Assembly (NCBI GenBank): GCA_041742355.1
Contig: JBGSIV010000027.1
Location: 1 to 18,925, forward strand
DNA: 18,925 nt
Reading direction: 5' to 3'
From: Candidatus Zixiibacteriota bacterium
Lineage (GTDB): Bacteria; Zixibacteria; MSB-5A5; GN15; FEB-12
Part shown: piece after piece, positions 7,459-16,209 of the stretch
How the letters are laid out: every line of letters starts with the position of its first letter
Position numbering within the stretch: the first letter of the stretch is position 1
Made by a program: the position numbers and the translations under genes
The notes under the pieces: generated by a model
Database searches by the model: none
What the model was told of the DNA's origin: nothing
Seen by the model: the letters and a program-made list of their open reading frames with translations, nothing else

Positions 7459-7560
7459 CGACGTAAGTATCGTTGGTTTTGAAACGTGAATCCGGCGCTC
7501 TTTTGCAACGTATATGATGCAGGATAGGGTGTAATTCAGGTCACACAGGCAAAGGGTGGT

Positions 7561-8385
7561 ATGATGGTCCCTTCGATTTCGCGCGAATTCGCTAAGTCTT
7601 TGGAACAGACGGAAATTGCCGCATTCCGCGACTTCTACGCCGCGGCTCCCGAAAAAGCGGCGCGCAAGCTCGGTGTCCGCCTGATCGACCTTGAGCCGAT
7701 GTGCCTGGCGGTCGTGCCGGGGCTTGATATTCTGGCGTTCAACCGCGCGGTGGGGTACGGCCTGCAGGATCGGATCGATCCGTCCGATGTCGATCGGTAC
7801 ATCGAGCACTTTCGTTCGGCCGGCGCCACGCGGTTCTTTTTCCAGATGTGTCCGGTGGCTGCGCCTCTCAATGCCCGTCGTGAGTTGCAGGCGCGCGGTC
7901 TCCACTGGTACAACAATTGGGTTAAGCTCTACCGCGACACTTCTCCCCCGCCGCCGGCAGACCAGGCCTTTGAGATCCGTCTGCTCGGCCGCCCGCATGC
8001 CCTGGAGTTCGGGAAGATTGTCAGCAGCGCGTTTGGCTGGGGTGAGGACACGATTGACTGGGTGGCCGCGCTGATCGGGCGGCCCCAATGGCGGGTCTAC
8101 GGCGCGTTCGACGGCGCTCGTCTTGTCGCGGCGGGCGCGCTCTATATCGACGGTAGTTCAGGGTGGCTGGATTTCGCCGCGACGGTCGAATCGCACCGCG
8201 CCTCGGGAGCCCAATCGGGCCTCCTGACCAAGCGGATCAACGATGCCGCGGCGCTGGGTATCGAGACGCTGGTGGTGGAAACGGCCGAGCAGACGGCCGA
8301 GCGTTCCGCTCCGTCGTTCCGGAATGTTCAGCGGTTTGGTTTCGAGGTGGCGTATGTGCGGCCGAATTTTCTGGGGAAGCAGTGA
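7561..8385 (+). CDS. GNAT-family N-acetyltransferase (substrate unknown)
   Basis: C-terminal GNAT pattern GWL.FAAT...HR..GAQ..LL..RI..A...G...L..ET....S.RN..R.GF..AY.R; N-terminal FNRAVG.G domain. Confidence 0.8.
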   Translation: MMVPSISREFAKSLEQTEIAAFRDFYAAAPEKAARKLGVRLIDLEPMCLAVVPGLDILAFNRAVGYGLQDRIDPSDVDRYIEHFRSAGATRFFFQMCPVAAPLNARRELQARGLHWYNNWVKLYRDTSPPPPADQAFEIRLLGRPHALEFGKIVSSAFGWGEDTIDWVAALIGRPQWRVYGAFDGARLVAAGALYIDGSSGWLDFAATVESHRASGAQSGLLTKRINDAAALGIETLVVETAEQTAERSAPSFRNVQRFGFEVAYVRPNFLGKQ

Positions 8386-8421
8386 AGTCGCGCGCTCAGA
8401 GCCGGAGCGCAGCGCGGCGTT

Positions 8422-8931
8422 TTACAGACCCAGCGACAGGGTCAAGTAATTGCCACCTCTCCCGCTATCGCTGATGAGATCCAGGGAGAGCGGGATCCTC
8501 TCCCACCGTTGTATGGTGGATCCGCAGATGTACCCGAACGCGGAGCCGAGAACGGTGAGACCGGCAATTGTCCTCACGGCGCGGCCGTCGCCAGTGCCGC
8601 CGCGTCCGGCCTCGAGGTACCCGGAGCCCCAGGCCGTGAGAAGACCGGCAGCAAAGCCCGTTATCGCTCCGATTCCCCCAAACGTGTCGGCGCGGCTCCC
8701 CTTGAATTCTTCCAGAGAGACGATTGACGCCACGGCGATTGAATCACGCCTGCCGTTCAGGTGGTAGAAGAAGAAGTCTCCAGGAGTGTAATAGCCTTTT
8801 TTCCCCTCGACAACGGTGCTGTCGCCGCGATCCAATCGGAACCGCCCGACCTTTCCGGTGATATCCTCGGCGTGCGCAACGCCGCCTAACAGAATTCCGA
8901 CAGCCAGAGCCAACATCGTAACGAATTTCAT
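8422..8931 (-). CDS. Hypothetical secreted/membrane protein with Gly-rich hydrophobic hairpin
   Basis: SD GGGAGG; Sec signal MKFVTMLALAVGILLGGVAHA; two Gly/Ala-rich hydrophobic segments; alternating C-terminal strand YLTLSLGL. Confidence 0.7.
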   Translation of the reverse strand: MKFVTMLALAVGILLGGVAHAEDITGKVGRFRLDRGDSTVVEGKKGYYTPGDFFFYHLNGRRDSIAVASIVSLEEFKGSRADTFGGIGAITGFAAGLLTAWGSGYLEAGRGGTGDGRAVRTIAGLTVLGSAFGYICGSTIQRWERIPLSLDLISDSGRGGNYLTLSLGL

Positions 8932-9186
8932 GAGATCCTCCCTAATGTGTGGCCACGGTGTTGCCTGAAATATACACGCAGATTCGGATCTTCAAAATCA
9001 CTTCTCCTGTCCATTTTGCGGAGATACAGGACTCGCCAGAATCCTGTATCCCCCGGGTTAGCACTTCAAACTTCGCTCCGCAGCGACTTCCTTTCCTCTA
9101 CCGCTTAAGCTCCCTCCCCCGTCTTCCGATCTTACCACCAAGAGAACCCGCTGACCAAGTCAATTACTGACAGGGAGATACATCCG

Positions 9187-9954
9187 ATGCACGTGCTTCT
9201 CGTCGCCCCTCAGCAGGGCCACTGGGTTGATCTTGCGAACCTGCTCGTCCAGGAAGAGTCCACGATCGACCAGGTGGATTCCTATCCGCTGGCGCGCAAA
9301 CGTCTCGACACCGACGCCAATATCGATCTGGTGATCGTCGACGCCGACTGCTCCGACCCGTCCATGGTGAAACTGGTCGCCGGCATCAAGGGCGACATTC
9401 GTCTTGCCGCTATTCCGATAATCGCCGCCGGATCGAATTTCAGTCAGGAGAAACTCAGGTGCCTTCTGACGCACCGGGTCGAGAGTGTCCTGGTCCTTCC
9501 TACCGACCGCACCACCCTGCAGGCCAAGCTTGCGTCCACGCTACTGACCGGGAAGAAGACGGTGCTGGTGGTCGACGACGAGCCGACCATTGTCGAGTAC
9601 CTCAAGGATCTGCTGGAGATCGAGCGGTTCAACGTGCTCACCGCCGGCACGGGCGAAGAGGCGCTCCGCCACCTGAAGGCGTCCCGAGTCGATGTCGTCG
9701 TTTCCGACATCACGATGCCCGGGATGTCGGGTCTGGATCTCCTGGTCGAGGTCAAGAACAACATGCCGCATATTCCGGTGATTCTCATCACCGGCAATGT
9801 CGCCAAGTATCCGCCCAAGGAGTTGATTGCCGCCGGGGCCGACGCTTACTTCGCGAAGCCGTTCAAGAACAAGGAGCTGGTCTACACCCTGCGGGGCGTG
9901 ATGGCCGCCTACGCCCATCAGCACCGCCACCAGGGAGCCGGTCGGCCCGCCTGA
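9187..9954 (+). CDS. Response regulator made of a degenerate receiver plus a canonical receiver, no output domain
   Basis: Second domain: VLVVDDE, VVSDITMPGMSG (phospho-Asp), ILITG, AKPF. First domain keeps the receiver pattern (HVLLV, IDLVIVD, IPII) but lacks the acidic pair and Lys. Confidence 0.88.
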   Translation: MHVLLVAPQQGHWVDLANLLVQEESTIDQVDSYPLARKRLDTDANIDLVIVDADCSDPSMVKLVAGIKGDIRLAAIPIIAAGSNFSQEKLRCLLTHRVESVLVLPTDRTTLQAKLASTLLTGKKTVLVVDDEPTIVEYLKDLLEIERFNVLTAGTGEEALRHLKASRVDVVVSDITMPGMSGLDLLVEVKNNMPHIPVILITGNVAKYPPKELIAAGADAYFAKPFKNKELVYTLRGVMAAYAHQHRHQGAGRPA

Positions 9955-9964
9955 AGATTCCGAC

Positions 9965-9997
9965 AAAAAAACGCAGGACCATTCGTTCCTGCGTTTT
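9965..9997. terminator. Bidirectional intrinsic terminator between convergent response regulator and rpiB
   Basis: AAAACGCAGGA (9968-9978) / TCCTGCGTTTT (9987-9997) with an A-run on the left and a T-run on the right. Confidence 0.8.
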
Positions 9998-10021
9998 CCG
10001 ATCGTATCGTGATGCTCGATC

Positions 10022-10474
10022 CTACCGCGTTGTTTTGCCCGCTTCCAGATCGATGATCTTGTTCACCCGGCGCTCGTGGCGTCCCCCTTCAAACGGCGTG
10101 TCGATAAAATTGCAGAGGATCTGCCGGAGCTGGTTTTCCGGTGTGTACTTCTGGGCCAGGGTCAGCACGTTGGCGTCGTTGTGCAGCCGCGTCAGGTAGG
10201 CCATTTCCGGGTTGAGCGCCATGCCGGCCCGAACGCCGGCCACTTTGTTCGCGGTGATGTTCATGCCGTTGCCGGTCCAGCAGATCAGGACGCCGCGATC
10301 GGCCGCGCCGCGGCTGACCGCCTGGGCCACTTTGAGTCCGAAATCCGGGTAGTCCACCGACTCGGTCGAGTAGGTTCCGAAGTCGGTCACCTCGTGGCCC
10401 AGTTCGGTCAGGATTTCCCTGACCTGATCTTTCATCGCAAACCCGGCGTGATCGCACCCGATGGCGATTTTCAT
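10022..10474 (-). CDS. rpiB: Ribose-5-phosphate isomerase B
   Basis: IAIGCDHAG, SVDYPD, LIC.TG.GM.I.ANKV.GVR, R.HNDANVL, FEGGRHERRV.KI. Confidence 0.96.
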   Translation of the reverse strand: MKIAIGCDHAGFAMKDQVREILTELGHEVTDFGTYSTESVDYPDFGLKVAQAVSRGAADRGVLICWTGNGMNITANKVAGVRAGMALNPEMAYLTRLHNDANVLTLAQKYTPENQLRQILCNFIDTPFEGGRHERRVNKIIDLEAGKTTR

Positions 10475-10475
10475 T

Positions 10476-11414
10476 TTACACCACGACGTCAGTATGTTTC
10501 GGCACCGGGGTCAGCCAACCGTAGCGATCCTCGGCGCGGCCCTCGATGATGTCGAAGAAGGCCCGCTGCAGTTGCCGTGTGATCGGACCGGCTACGCCGG
10601 AGCCGACGACGATATCGTCGATTCGCGACACGGGCGTGATCTCCGCGGCCGAACCGGTGAAGAACACTTCGTCGGCCAGGTAGAGCGCCTCGCGCGGCAC
10701 GTTCTGCTCGATCACTTTGATTCCCATGTCTTCGGCCAGGCGGATGACGGATCGGCGGGTGATACCGGGGAGAATCGACGCTCCGAAGGTCGGTGTCACG
10801 AGCGCGCCGTTGCGCACGAGGAAGATGTTTTCGCCGGAGCCCTCGGAGACATTCCCGGTGACGTCGAGCGCGATTCCCTCGGCGTAGCCGTGGCTGATGG
10901 CTTCCATTTTGATCAGCTGGCTGTTCATGTAGTTGGCGCCGGCTTTGGCCATAGAGGGCATCGTATTCGGCGCCAGGCGCCGCCATGACGACACGCAGAC
11001 CGAGACCCCTTTTTCCAGCGCATCTTCGCCGAGGTACTGTCCCCACGGCCAGACGGCGATAGCAACATCGACGGGGCACTTGGTCGGGTCGACCCCGAGC
11101 GTGCCGTAGCCCCGGTACGCGACCGGGCGGACGTAGCAGGCCTCGAGGTTGTTCACGGCCACCGTCTGGAGCACGGCTTCATCGAGCTGTTCGGCGGTGT
11201 ACGGCACGGCCATGCGGTAGATTTTGGCGGAATTCAGCAACCGGTGCGAGTGCTCGCGCAGGCGGAATGCGGCCGGGCCCTTGGGCGTTTTGTAGACCCG
11301 CATTCCTTCGAAAACCGATGAACCATAGTGTATGACATGGGAGCAGATATGGATGGTGGCGTCTTTCCACTTGACCAGCTTGCCGTTCATCCATACGAAT
11401 TCGGTCGCATTCAT
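10476..11414 (-). CDS. ilvE: Branched-chain amino acid aminotransferase
   Basis: WMNG....W, HYG..VFEG.R.Y, FRL..H..RL, Y.RP, AKA..NY.NS (PLP Lys), [32 protein letters not shown] 11414 follows SD GGGAGGT. Confidence 0.96.
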   Translation of the reverse strand: MNATEFVWMNGKLVKWKDATIHICSHVIHYGSSVFEGMRVYKTPKGPAAFRLREHSHRLLNSAKIYRMAVPYTAEQLDEAVLQTVAVNNLEACYVRPVAYRGYGTLGVDPTKCPVDVAIAVWPWGQYLGEDALEKGVSVCVSSWRRLAPNTMPSMAKAGANYMNSQLIKMEAISHGYAEGIALDVTGNVSEGSGENIFLVRNGALVTPTFGASILPGITRRSVIRLAEDMGIKVIEQNVPREALYLADEVFFTGSAAEITPVSRIDDIVVGSGVAGPITRQLQRAFFDIIEGRAEDRYGWLTPVPKHTDVVV

Positions 11415-11468
11415 AGGTACGTTACCTCCCTTATTCAGGGGTGGACGGAATGAGTATTCAGTAGGGGC

Positions 11469-11497
11469 AAGATACGGCAATCGGGGAGGGATTTCAA
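11469..11497 (-). promoter_or_regulatory. Sigma70-type promoter of ilvE-rpiB
   Basis: Minus strand TTGAAA (11497-11492), 17 nt, TATCTT (11474-11469). Confidence 0.6.
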
Positions 11498-11571
11498 ACG
11501 AAATCCCGGGCGGCGGAGGGCGTTCGGTCGTACCGGGCCGCCCGATGCGATCGTGCCGCGTGGTAACGAAC

Positions 11572-11604
11572 ACGGCCCGCACCGGAAGAACCGGAGCGGG
11601 CCGT
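11572..11604 (-). terminator. GC-rich hairpin after the acyl-CoA dehydrogenase operon (terminator or 3' stabiliser)
   Basis: ACGGCCCGC-a-CCGG / CCGG-a-GCGGGCCGT inverted repeat 5 nt past the stop; poor U-tract. Confidence 0.5.
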
Positions 11605-11609
11605 TGCGA

Positions 11610-12758
11610 TCAACCTTTCCCCTCAACCTGCTTTAACAGGTGGCGGGCAATAACGAGCTTCTGAATTTCCGATGTCCCTTCGCCGATCGTGCAGAGCTTC
11701 ACATCCCGCCACATCCGTTCGACCGGATATGGCCCGGTGTAGTAGCCGACCGCGCCGAGAATACCGATAGCGTCGCCGGCCACTTTGGTCGCGACTTCCG
11801 AGGCATACAGTTTCGCCATCGCCGACATGTGTCCGAACGACATCCCGGCGTCCTTCATCTGCGCCGCCTCGTAAATGAGCAGGCGGGCAGCTTCGAGCTG
11901 GGTGGCCATGTCGGCCAGCTTGTGCTGGATTCCCTGGTTGTAGGAAATCGGCTTGCCGAACTGCTTGCGGCTCGCGCTGTACTTCAGGGCGCAGTCAAAT
12001 GCCCCCTGGCCCAGCCCGAGCGCCATGGCGCCGATAGAAATCCGGCCGCCATCGAGCGTCTTGAGCATCTGCTTGAATCCCTCGCCGATCTGACCGAGCT
12101 GGGAGTCCAGCGGCGCTTTCAGATCGTCGAAGTGCAGGAAGGCTGTGTCCGATCCGCGCAGGCCGAGCTTGTTCTCTTTTTTGCCGACGGCGTATCCCGG
12201 CCAATCCTTTTCGAGGATGAAGCAGGTGATTTCCTTGTCCTCGGGATCATCAGAGGTGCGGGCCGACGCGATGGTCGCGAAGGCTTTGGTGGCCGATGTG
12301 ATCCAGCACTTGGAGCCGTTGATCAGCCAGTGGTCCGCTTTCTTGAGGGCCATCGTGCGCGTTCCGCCGGCATCGGATCCGGCATCGGGTTCGGTCAGGC
12401 CGAAGGCCAGCAATCCACCCTGGGCGGCGCGCGGCAGGTACTTCTGGCGCTGTTCTTCGGTCCCGAAGGCGTAGATCGGCCAGCAGCCGAGCGAGTTGTG
12501 CGCCGCCAGCATGATGCCGGTCGAGCCGCACACGCGCGAGGCTTCCTCCACGGCAATCGTGTAGGTGATCGTGTCGGTCGGGCGACCGCCGTACTTTTCC
12601 GGGATGAGCATCGACATGAGCCCCATGTCGGTCAGCGGCTTCATGTGCTCGTCGGGGAAACGCTGCTCGATATCGAGCGCGAGCGCTTTGGGCGCGATCG
12701 TTTCCTCCATGAAGGCCCGGATGCGGTCACGATATTCGAGGTGCTTTTTCTCCAGCAC
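11610..12758 (-). CDS. Acyl-CoA dehydrogenase (short/branched-chain type), copy 2
   Basis: FGLTEPDAGSDA, INGSKCWIT, KLGLRGSDT, LDGGRI, R.QFGKPI, AMAKL.ASE, TIGEGTSEIQ (catalytic Glu); GTG start 3 nt after the upstream stop. Confidence 0.95.
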   Translation of the reverse strand: MLEKKHLEYRDRIRAFMEETIAPKALALDIEQRFPDEHMKPLTDMGLMSMLIPEKYGGRPTDTITYTIAVEEASRVCGSTGIMLAAHNSLGCWPIYAFGTEEQRQKYLPRAAQGGLLAFGLTEPDAGSDAGGTRTMALKKADHWLINGSKCWITSATKAFATIASARTSDDPEDKEITCFILEKDWPGYAVGKKENKLGLRGSDTAFLHFDDLKAPLDSQLGQIGEGFKQMLKTLDGGRISIGAMALGLGQGAFDCALKYSASRKQFGKPISYNQGIQHKLADMATQLEAARLLIYEAAQMKDAGMSFGHMSAMAKLYASEVATKVAGDAIGILGAVGYYTGPYPVERMWRDVKLCTIGEGTSEIQKLVIARHLLKQVEGKG

Positions 12759-12761
12759 TGG

Positions 12762-13904
12762 TTACTCCCTCAGTAGATCGCGTGAAATCACCATCCGCTG
12801 CGCCTCCGACGTACCCTCGTAGAGCATCGTCACCCGCGCGTCGCGGAAGTACCGCTCGACCGCGTACTCCTTGATGTACCCGTAGCCGCCGTGAATCTGG
12901 ACCGCTTCGTTGGCCACCTCGTTGGCCATTTCCGAGCAGAACAGCTTGGCCATGGAGGCCTCGCGGTGGCAGGGTTCGCCGGCGTCTTTGAGTTGCGCGG
13001 CCCGGTAGGCTAAGAGCCGGCCGGCATCGATCTTGACCGCCATGTCGGCCAGTTTGAACTGGATGGCCTGGAAATTGGCGATCGGCTGGTTGAACTGCTT
13101 GCGTTCCTTGGAGTACTTCAGCGCCTCGTTGAGCGCCGACTGGGCGATGCCGATCGACTGGAAGGCGACGCCGATGCGTCCGGAGTTGAGGATCGTCACG
13201 GCCATCCGGAAGCCGGCTCCGGGTTCGCCCATCATGTGGTCTTTCGGGACCTTCACATCCGAGAAGCTGAGTTCGCGGGTGTCGGAGGCCTTGATGCCGC
13301 ACTTGCGTTCCGCCTTGCCGATCATGAGACCCGGTGTCCCGGCCGGCACGAGGAAGCAGGATATGCCTTTGTGTCCGGCCGCTGGATCAGTCTTCGCGAA
13401 GACCACGAATATGCCGGCGAACGCGCCGTTGGTGACGTAGCTCTTGGTGCCGTTGAGCACCCACTGGTCACCCTGGAGCACCGCGGTGGTTTTGAGCGAG
13501 GCCACGTCGGTGCCCGCATCCGGCTCCGTAATACAGTACGCGCCGATGCGCGTTCCGGCAGCCATTTCGGGCAGGTAGCGCTGCTTCAGCTCTTCGGAGC
13601 CGAAGAGCTTGATGATCTCGCAGCACAGCGAATTGTGCACCGAGAGCATGATCCCGAACCCGGCGCTGGCGGAGCAGATCTCTTCGAGCACACCCATGAA
13701 ACTGGTCGAGTTCATGCCGAGGCCGCCGTACTCCTCCGGCACGGTAAAGCCGAAGTAGCCGAGCTCGGCGCATTCGTCGATCAGCTCGCGGGGCGTCTCC
13801 CCATGCTCGTCCATCTCCTCCGCGATCGGATAGATGCGCTTCTGGGCGAGATCGCGCGCCATTTGCTTCAGGTCGAGGTCTTCTTCCGAAAGTCTGAAAT
13901 CCAT
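12762..13904 (-). CDS. Acyl-CoA dehydrogenase (butyryl-CoA dehydrogenase-like), copy 1
   Basis: YCITEPDAGTD, LNGTKSYVTNG, GRIG.A.Q..GIAQ, FQAIQFKLADM, AVQIHGGYGY, YEGTSEAQR. Confidence 0.95.
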   Translation of the reverse strand: MDFRLSEEDLDLKQMARDLAQKRIYPIAEEMDEHGETPRELIDECAELGYFGFTVPEEYGGLGMNSTSFMGVLEEICSASAGFGIMLSVHNSLCCEIIKLFGSEELKQRYLPEMAAGTRIGAYCITEPDAGTDVASLKTTAVLQGDQWVLNGTKSYVTNGAFAGIFVVFAKTDPAAGHKGISCFLVPAGTPGLMIGKAERKCGIKASDTRELSFSDVKVPKDHMMGEPGAGFRMAVTILNSGRIGVAFQSIGIAQSALNEALKYSKERKQFNQPIANFQAIQFKLADMAVKIDAGRLLAYRAAQLKDAGEPCHREASMAKLFCSEMANEVANEAVQIHGGYGYIKEYAVERYFRDARVTMLYEGTSEAQRMVISRDLLRE

Positions 13905-13914
13905 TACGAACTCC

Positions 13915-14778
13915 TCATTTGCTGTAGTCGTAGAACCCGCGGCCGGTCTTCCGGCCCAGGTACCCCGCCTGCACCATCTTGCGCAGGAGCGGGCAGGGCC
14001 GGTACTTCGGATCGCCCAGCCCCTGGTGCAGCACTTCGAGAATCGCCAGGCAGACGTCCAGGCCGATGAAGTCGGCCAGCGTCAGCGGCCCCATCGGGTG
14101 ACCCATCCCCAGCTTCATGACTTCGTCGATCGCGTCCCGGGTGCCGACACCCTCCATCAGGGCGTAGGCCGCTTCGTTGATCATCGGCATGAGTATCCGG
14201 TTGGCGATGAACCCCGGATAATCGTTCACCTCGATCGGGGTCTTGCCCACTTTTTTGGACAGTTCCGCGATCGTGGCGTAGGTTGCGTCACTGGTCGCGA
14301 TTCCGCGGATGACCTCGACGAGCTGCATCATCGGCACCGGGTTCATGAAGTGCATGCCGATGAACTTGTCCGGCCGTTTGGTCGCCGACGCCAGCTGGGT
14401 GATCGGCAGCGACGAGGTATTCGACGCGAGGATCGTATCCGGCGGGCAGACGCTTTCGAGCTTGCGGAAGATCGCGGTCTTGACCGCCAGATCCTCGGTT
14501 ACCGCTTCGATCACAAGCTGCGCCGCGCAGGCGTCGTCGAGATCGGTGGACGCAGTGATGCGTCCCATCGCGGCCTGCTTGTCAGCTTCGCTGATCTTTT
14601 CCTTCTTGATCATCCGGTCGAAACTGCCGGCGATCGTTTTGACCGCCCGTTCCAGGAACGACTGCTCGATGTCAATCAGGCGAACCGCGTAGCCTGTCTG
14701 CGCAAACACCTGCGCGATGCCATTCCCCATGGTGCCGCTGCCGATGACGGCGACGGTCTTGATGTCGTTTGCGTTCAT
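13915..14778 (-). CDS. hbd: 3-hydroxybutyryl-CoA dehydrogenase
   Basis: Rossmann [18 protein letters not shown]....[50 protein letters not shown]. Confidence 0.95.
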   Translation of the reverse strand: MNANDIKTVAVIGSGTMGNGIAQVFAQTGYAVRLIDIEQSFLERAVKTIAGSFDRMIKKEKISEADKQAAMGRITASTDLDDACAAQLVIEAVTEDLAVKTAIFRKLESVCPPDTILASNTSSLPITQLASATKRPDKFIGMHFMNPVPMMQLVEVIRGIATSDATYATIAELSKKVGKTPIEVNDYPGFIANRILMPMINEAAYALMEGVGTRDAIDEVMKLGMGHPMGPLTLADFIGLDVCLAILEVLHQGLGDPKYRPCPLLRKMVQAGYLGRKTGRGFYDYSK

Positions 14779-14801
14779 GGTACCTGTCCCCAGTATTCCG
14801 G

Positions 14802-15992
14802 TTAGACGATTTCAATTGCCAGCGCCACGGCGTTTCCCCCGCCGAGACACAGCGTTGCCATGCCGTTCTTCTTGCCCCGATCCTTGAGGGCGTAGATGAG
14901 CGTTGTCAGCACGCGCGTGCCCGAGGCCCCGATCGGGTGCCCGAGGGCCACGGCGCCGCCGTTCACGTTGACCCGGTTCCAATCCCAGCACAGCCCCTGG
15001 CCGTCGGCCAGCGCCTGCGCGGCAAACGCCTCGTTCGCCTCGATCAGGTCCCAGTGGTTGATATCGACGTTCATCTTCTTCATGAGCTTCTGGACGGCGT
15101 AGATCGGCGAGAAGAACAGGTCGGCCGGGGGCGTCCCGGCGACCGTGTAGTCGACCACCCGAGCCAGCGGCGTCAGATTGTGCTTCTTGAGGTAGGTCTC
15201 CGAAACGACCACGGTGCAGGCGCTGCCGTCGTTGAGCCCGGGGGCGTTGCCTGCGGTCACCGTGCCGTCCTTCTCGAAGGCCGGTTTCAGCGCGGCCAGC
15301 TTTTCGACGGAGATGTCGGCCCGAGGGCCTTCGTCCTTTTTGAACACGACCGGGTCTCCCTTTCGCTGCGGGATTTCGATCGGGAATACTTCGGCGTCGA
15401 ACTTGCCGGCCCCCCACGCCGCGAGGGCCTTCCTGTGCGAGTTGTAGGCGAATTCGTCCTGCATCTCGCGTGTGATGTTGGCTTTCTTGCGGGTGAGTTC
15501 GGCGGCGCTGCCCATGTGGAAATTGTTGAAGCTGTCCCAGAGGCCGTCGATGATCATCAGGTCGAGCAGCTTCTGGTGGCCGAATTTCACGCCCTGCTTC
15601 GCTCCGAAGAGCGCCAGCGGGGTCTGGGACATCGATTCCATGCCGCCGGCGACGATCACGTGCTGATCGCCGGCGCGGATCGACTGGGCCGCCAGCATGA
15701 TCGCTTTGAGGCCCGATCCGCACACTTTGTTAATCGTCATCGCGGCGGCTTCCGGCGGCACGCCGCCGTGGATCGAGGCCTGGCGGGCCGGCGCCTGGTT
15801 GGAACCGCCCTGCACCACCTGCCCCATGATTACTTCTTCGATATCGGCCGGGTTGATCCCCGCCCGCTTGACCGCTTCCCTGATCGCAAGAGCGCCCAAC
15901 TGCGGGGCGGTGAATGTGCCCAGTCCTCCGTGCAGCAGCCCGATCGCGCTCCGGCAGGCGGAAATGATATAGGCATCCTGACGTTCGGCCAT
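14802..15992 (-). CDS. atoB: Acetyl-CoA C-acetyltransferase (thiolase)
   Basis: INKVCGSG (nucleophilic Cys), [37 protein letters not shown]. Confidence 0.95.
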   Translation of the reverse strand: MAERQDAYIISACRSAIGLLHGGLGTFTAPQLGALAIREAVKRAGINPADIEEVIMGQVVQGGSNQAPARQASIHGGVPPEAAAMTINKVCGSGLKAIMLAAQSIRAGDQHVIVAGGMESMSQTPLALFGAKQGVKFGHQKLLDLMIIDGLWDSFNNFHMGSAAELTRKKANITREMQDEFAYNSHRKALAAWGAGKFDAEVFPIEIPQRKGDPVVFKKDEGPRADISVEKLAALKPAFEKDGTVTAGNAPGLNDGSACTVVVSETYLKKHNLTPLARVVDYTVAGTPPADLFFSPIYAVQKLMKKMNVDINHWDLIEANEAFAAQALADGQGLCWDWNRVNVNGGAVALGHPIGASGTRVLTTLIYALKDRGKKNGMATLCLGGGNAVALAIEIV

Positions 15993-16066
15993 TTTCGGAA
16001 ACCTCCTATTCCAAAGATTATGTCCTGTAGATAGTCACGTATATAACCAAAGTTCCGGGTCCGCGC

Positions 16067-16084
16067 AAGTGAACTGATTCACAA
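16067..16084. promoter_or_regulatory. Rex- or CRP/FNR-family operator-like palindrome upstream of the thiolase operon
   Basis: Minus strand TTGTGAA-TCAG-TTCACTT: 12 of 14 positions match the Rex consensus TTGTGAA-N4-TTCACAA; it also reads TGTGA-N6-TCACT. It overlaps a possible -35 (TTGCGC) with TATATA 17 nt downstream. Confidence 0.6.
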
Positions 16085-16180
16085 ATTTGCCTCCGCCGCC
16101 CCCTCCGCCGGCCCCCCCTCTCGGGGGGATGGATCGCCGTGCGCCGGGGGGCCGTTTGAGTCGCTCGGCGCCGATTTTTG

Positions 16181-16209
16181 TTGCATTCGGCGGCAGCGGC
16201 CCGTACTTT
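16181..16209 (+). promoter_or_regulatory. Sigma70-type promoter upstream of the first beta-barrel gene
   Basis: TTGCAT (16181-16186), 17 nt, TACTTT (16204-16209). Confidence 0.5.

Noticed and set aside
7390..7560. ZTP, THF or glycine riboswitch upstream of glyA
   Set aside because: The predicted promoter leaves only about 35 nt of leader, and no aptamer consensus is visible.
11415..11582. N-terminal extension of IlvE, or T-box/attenuator leader
   Set aside because: Strong SD at ATG 11414 and a promoter inside the extension; no T-box sequence or Leu/Ile/Val-rich leader peptide seen.
2703..16034. Long plus-strand ORFs antisense to apbC, nrdR, glyA, ACADs, hbd and thiolase (e.g. 2703-3758, 5986-7107, 11640-12776, 13834-14805, 14769-16034)
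   Set aside because: Typical shadow ORFs produced by high-GC codon bias opposite well-conserved genes; no protein motifs.
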